Part shown: piece after piece, positions 31,101-32,000 of the stretch
Numbering within the stretch: the stretch's first letter is position 1
Layout: every line of letters starts with the position of its first letter
NCBI RefSeq assembly: GCF_000179635.2
Contig: NC_014833.1
Span: 1,050,001 to 1,082,000 of the forward strand
From: Ruminococcus albus 7 = DSM 20455
GTDB lineage: Bacteria > Bacillota > Clostridia > Oscillospirales > Ruminococcaceae
Reading direction: 5' to 3'
DNA length: 32,000 nucleotides
Position numbers and translations under genes: made by a program
The notes under the pieces: model-generated
Databases searched by the model: none
The model's input: the letters and a program-made list of their open reading frames with translations, nothing else
Told to the model about the DNA's origin: nothing

Positions 31101-32000
31101 AGAACAGTAACAGGTACACCATGGACTTCTGCTAAGGGCAAGAAGCTTGAGGTCGAGCTTGCAGACGGTACATACACCCTGACCGAGACAGGCGACATGA
31201 TCACTGATTCGGAAGGAAACGAGTACGAAGTAATTGACAGCACACTCACCTTCAAGGTTGAGGACGGAAAGGTCACTACAGTAAAGAATGATACTGTAGA
31301 TGACGGTGTGAGCAGCTATTACGACGTTGACAGCTTTAACAATACTATCACTGTCAACGATGCTATGAAGCCTGCCGCAGCACCTGCTAAGGTCACTATA
31401 ACCAAGACCGATATCACAGGTGAAAAGGAGATCATAGGTGCTATACTGACCATTGTGGATCAGAACGGCAATACTGTTGAGGGAACACCCTGGACTACCC
31501 GCAGGAACAACAACAAGCTGGAGCTTGAACTTGCTGAGGGTACTTACACACTGACCGAAACACAGGGCAACAACCATATCGTTGACGAAGATGGTAATGA
31601 GTATGAAGTGATCGAGAGCTCACTGGTATTCAAGATCGAGGACGGCAAGGTGACCGAGGTCATCAACGATACAAGCAGAGACAACGGCGAAGGCTTCTTC
31701 AACGTTAACAGTGATACCAACGATATCATTATCAACGATGCTATGAAGTCCAACGACATAGTTACTGCAAAGGTCAAGATAGGCAAGACCGATATCACAG
31801 GTGAGAATGAGGTCGAGAACGCAAGGCTCAGCCTTTCCGTAAAGGGACTTTCCTATGATATGATCCAGACTATCATTGATAGTAATGAGGGTAATGGCCT
31901 GAAGAACTGGACTACAGCTCAGAACGGCGAGATCTTCACAATGAGCTGGGTATCCGGCAATAAGGCAGCGAACATCAAGGGTCTTGTTCCTGCAACTTAC
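28164..32000 (+). CDS. Very large secreted cell-surface adhesin-like protein (5' part; runs off the right edge), with CnaB/SpaA-like repeat modules
   Basis: - I translated the frame by hand from ATG 28164 to nt 32000: 1279 sense codons and no stop.
- The gene is absent from the ORF track, presumably because it has no stop in the window.
- Signal peptide: MKKTFGKRFISGMTSAVLAASFVFGGFPGISSVIMSSSAEA.
- From about nt 30633 there are repeated modules of about 125 aa, such as KVTINKLDITGAEELNGAVLTIKD...GTYTLTETG...ITVNDAMK.
- These resemble the Lys / Tyr-x-Leu-x-Glu / Asn-Asp pattern of isopeptide-forming CnaB/SpaA domains. Confidence 0.85.
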   Translation, partial: MKKTFGKRFISGMTSAVLAASFVFGGFPGISSVIMSSSAEAVTGFSRENNDNRMNSGNTKVNIRFRNTTGENVNVETADNTYYLLVHCVGEDPEIAGSTVEYFNNGESRDAYDLIEINANGTDWTSPAFSLWETREKEVPSWGSQKSDVRPDVVSIDGVFLKNSAPDRELTLSDAKELRNCTVVNNIKGMELTDGGYEGDSYNGGTFSFYATGGQTVSVNIFDYNGTTLKPLTAGDDANYYLLSCLFDKGTANTDPFSNKNGIEGWSLTQFYPEDNANTQIKLWDYTSAGNTSGTLHYDPDAYEISYTVVKTPDGNTAFSSLDDTLRNGSDNIPNYRTEGPTTSGNNTELRLIRDDVRYEAQLDFEEEISITEADNIYLFIELEQTNSEYKYILDKVTVDYDLTKTIELGNLVDRNGNSSQDHIGYNGSPAKVRLLKANTGNLTVNNAVNGSNCSEIAEEGFIKGFIVNYGDQTSSKDQDTHVSTYTEHIRFFKVPGSKKYDFRSILGEGLYYGMTIDRFELGNHTETNYAVNFYEGNGQPNTPDISGKFGGHFYFADFVHFNDEINDYAEPSEYVNFDSRDFDVDPDGTFFIDNSDACCEEGAILHFDSEDRMKESAGRDGIAREYETPSAMHGVVDSIIKNMQSVSEELAAIPVNAEATVIGNNAYISGDGYPDNAVLVVDGDKIAPYVAESGKLHIELKGEQMVIFNFDELTEARIDEFNIKRAEDNDYQISTTPSNENTLEHGKNYWLDQNATRYVVWNLKSVKALDINKATGIFLIPDDDSVTRIKGTSSGWLESAGYVNNPDGEWHFLYTDLPRNTTVISVDKKDITGEAEVKGAQLRITTAEGEPVFSWESDGNTHELRLAPGDYVLEETGNEFEADDGTIYKVIPSKVSFTVKADADQESYGCTVENVKGTQRAADSDSDTGYYLYNGSKQLFTVCDAERVSTTKVTINKLDITGAEELNGAVLTIKDSKGRTVTGTPWTSAKGKKLEVELADGTYTLTETGDMITDSEGNEYEVIDSTLTFKVEDGKVTTVKNDTVDDGVSSYYDVDSFNNTITVNDAMKPAAAPAKVTITKTDITGEKEIIGAILTIVDQNGNTVEGTPWTTRRNNNKLELELAEGTYTLTETQGNNHIVDEDGNEYEVIESSLVFKIEDGKVTEVINDTSRDNGEGFFNVNSDTNDIIINDAMKSNDIVTAKVKIGKTDITGENEVENARLSLSVKGLSYDMIQTIIDSNEGNGLKNWTTAQNGEIFTMSWVSGNKAANIKGLVPATY
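30633..32000 (+). repeat. Diverged in-frame tandem repeats of about 369-387 nt encoding the adhesin modules
   Basis: Module starts are at 30633 (VISVDKKDITGEAEVKGAQLRITT), 31020 (KVTINKLDITGAEELNGAVLTIKD), 31389 (KVTITKTDITGEKEIIGAILTIVD) and 31770 (KVKIGKTDITGENEVENARLSLSV). Copies 2 and 3 align end to end and differ at many synonymous sites. Confidence 0.8.

Noticed and set aside
28145-31798. Seven - strand ORFs (for example 29448..29846 and 30843..31577)
   Set aside because: All lie antisense within the uninterrupted 1279-codon + strand adhesin ORF. Their products are Ser/Val/Cys-rich shadows.
1-32000. CRISPR arrays, tRNA genes, rRNA genes and transposases
   Set aside because: I scanned both strands. 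There are no regularly spaced direct repeats and no tRNA-like T-arm/acceptor pairs apart from tmRNA. There are no rRNA-like segments and no DDE, serine or tyrosine recombinase-like ORFs.

Overview
The window looks like a chromosomal segment from a low/medium-GC Firmicute. Class Clostridia, possibly Ruminococcus-like, is a guess from gene content and protein style only. Almost everything is on the + strand and most of it is housekeeping.

Gene order:
- (1) A partial membrane gene, a lipoprotein and trpS.
- (2) A truncated FtsX-type ABC permease fragment whose reading frame breaks into about 230 nt of nested perfect inverted repeats, followed by two small unknown genes.
- (3) A long tightly packed co-directional block: ecfA1, an unknown polytopic membrane gene, ecfA2, ecfT, two small unknown genes, truA, a membrane-anchored repeat protein, a cvpA-like gene and a ClpE-like AAA+ chaperone. 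It ends in a clean terminator at about 13.83 kb.
- (4) A 0.6 kb non-coding region with a consensus promoter embedded in an ATACAGT heptamer/palindrome array. Downstream are two micro membrane ORFs, two GntR/YtrA-type regulators, an ABC ATPase and three paralogous ABC-2 permeases.
- (5) A compact operon: acyP, udk-like kinase, ykgJ-like gene, zinc-ribbon/LRR protein and alkD-like gene.
- (6) An AraC-type regulator with a degenerate receiver domain, convergent with a NUDIX hydrolase.
- (7) A membrane-anchored surface protein.
- (8) smpB, an unknown gene and ssrA (tmRNA) on the - strand.
- (9) AT-rich spacers, a small membrane protein, and a very large secreted adhesin-like ORF (28164 to the window end, 1279 codons, no stop). 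This ORF is missing from the supplied ORF track.

I found no tRNA, rRNA, CRISPR array, transposase, integrase or recognisable defence genes. I cannot point to a convincingly novel multi-gene system. The best leads are the structured inverted-repeat element at the permease breakpoint (2879-3106), the heptamer-operator/dual-GntR/micro-peptide/ABC-2 module (13.99-18.4 kb), the gene insertions inside the normally contiguous ecfA1-ecfA2-ecfT-truA block, and the long repeat-bearing leader plus giant adhesin at the right edge. All family calls come from motif recognition by eye; no searches were run.
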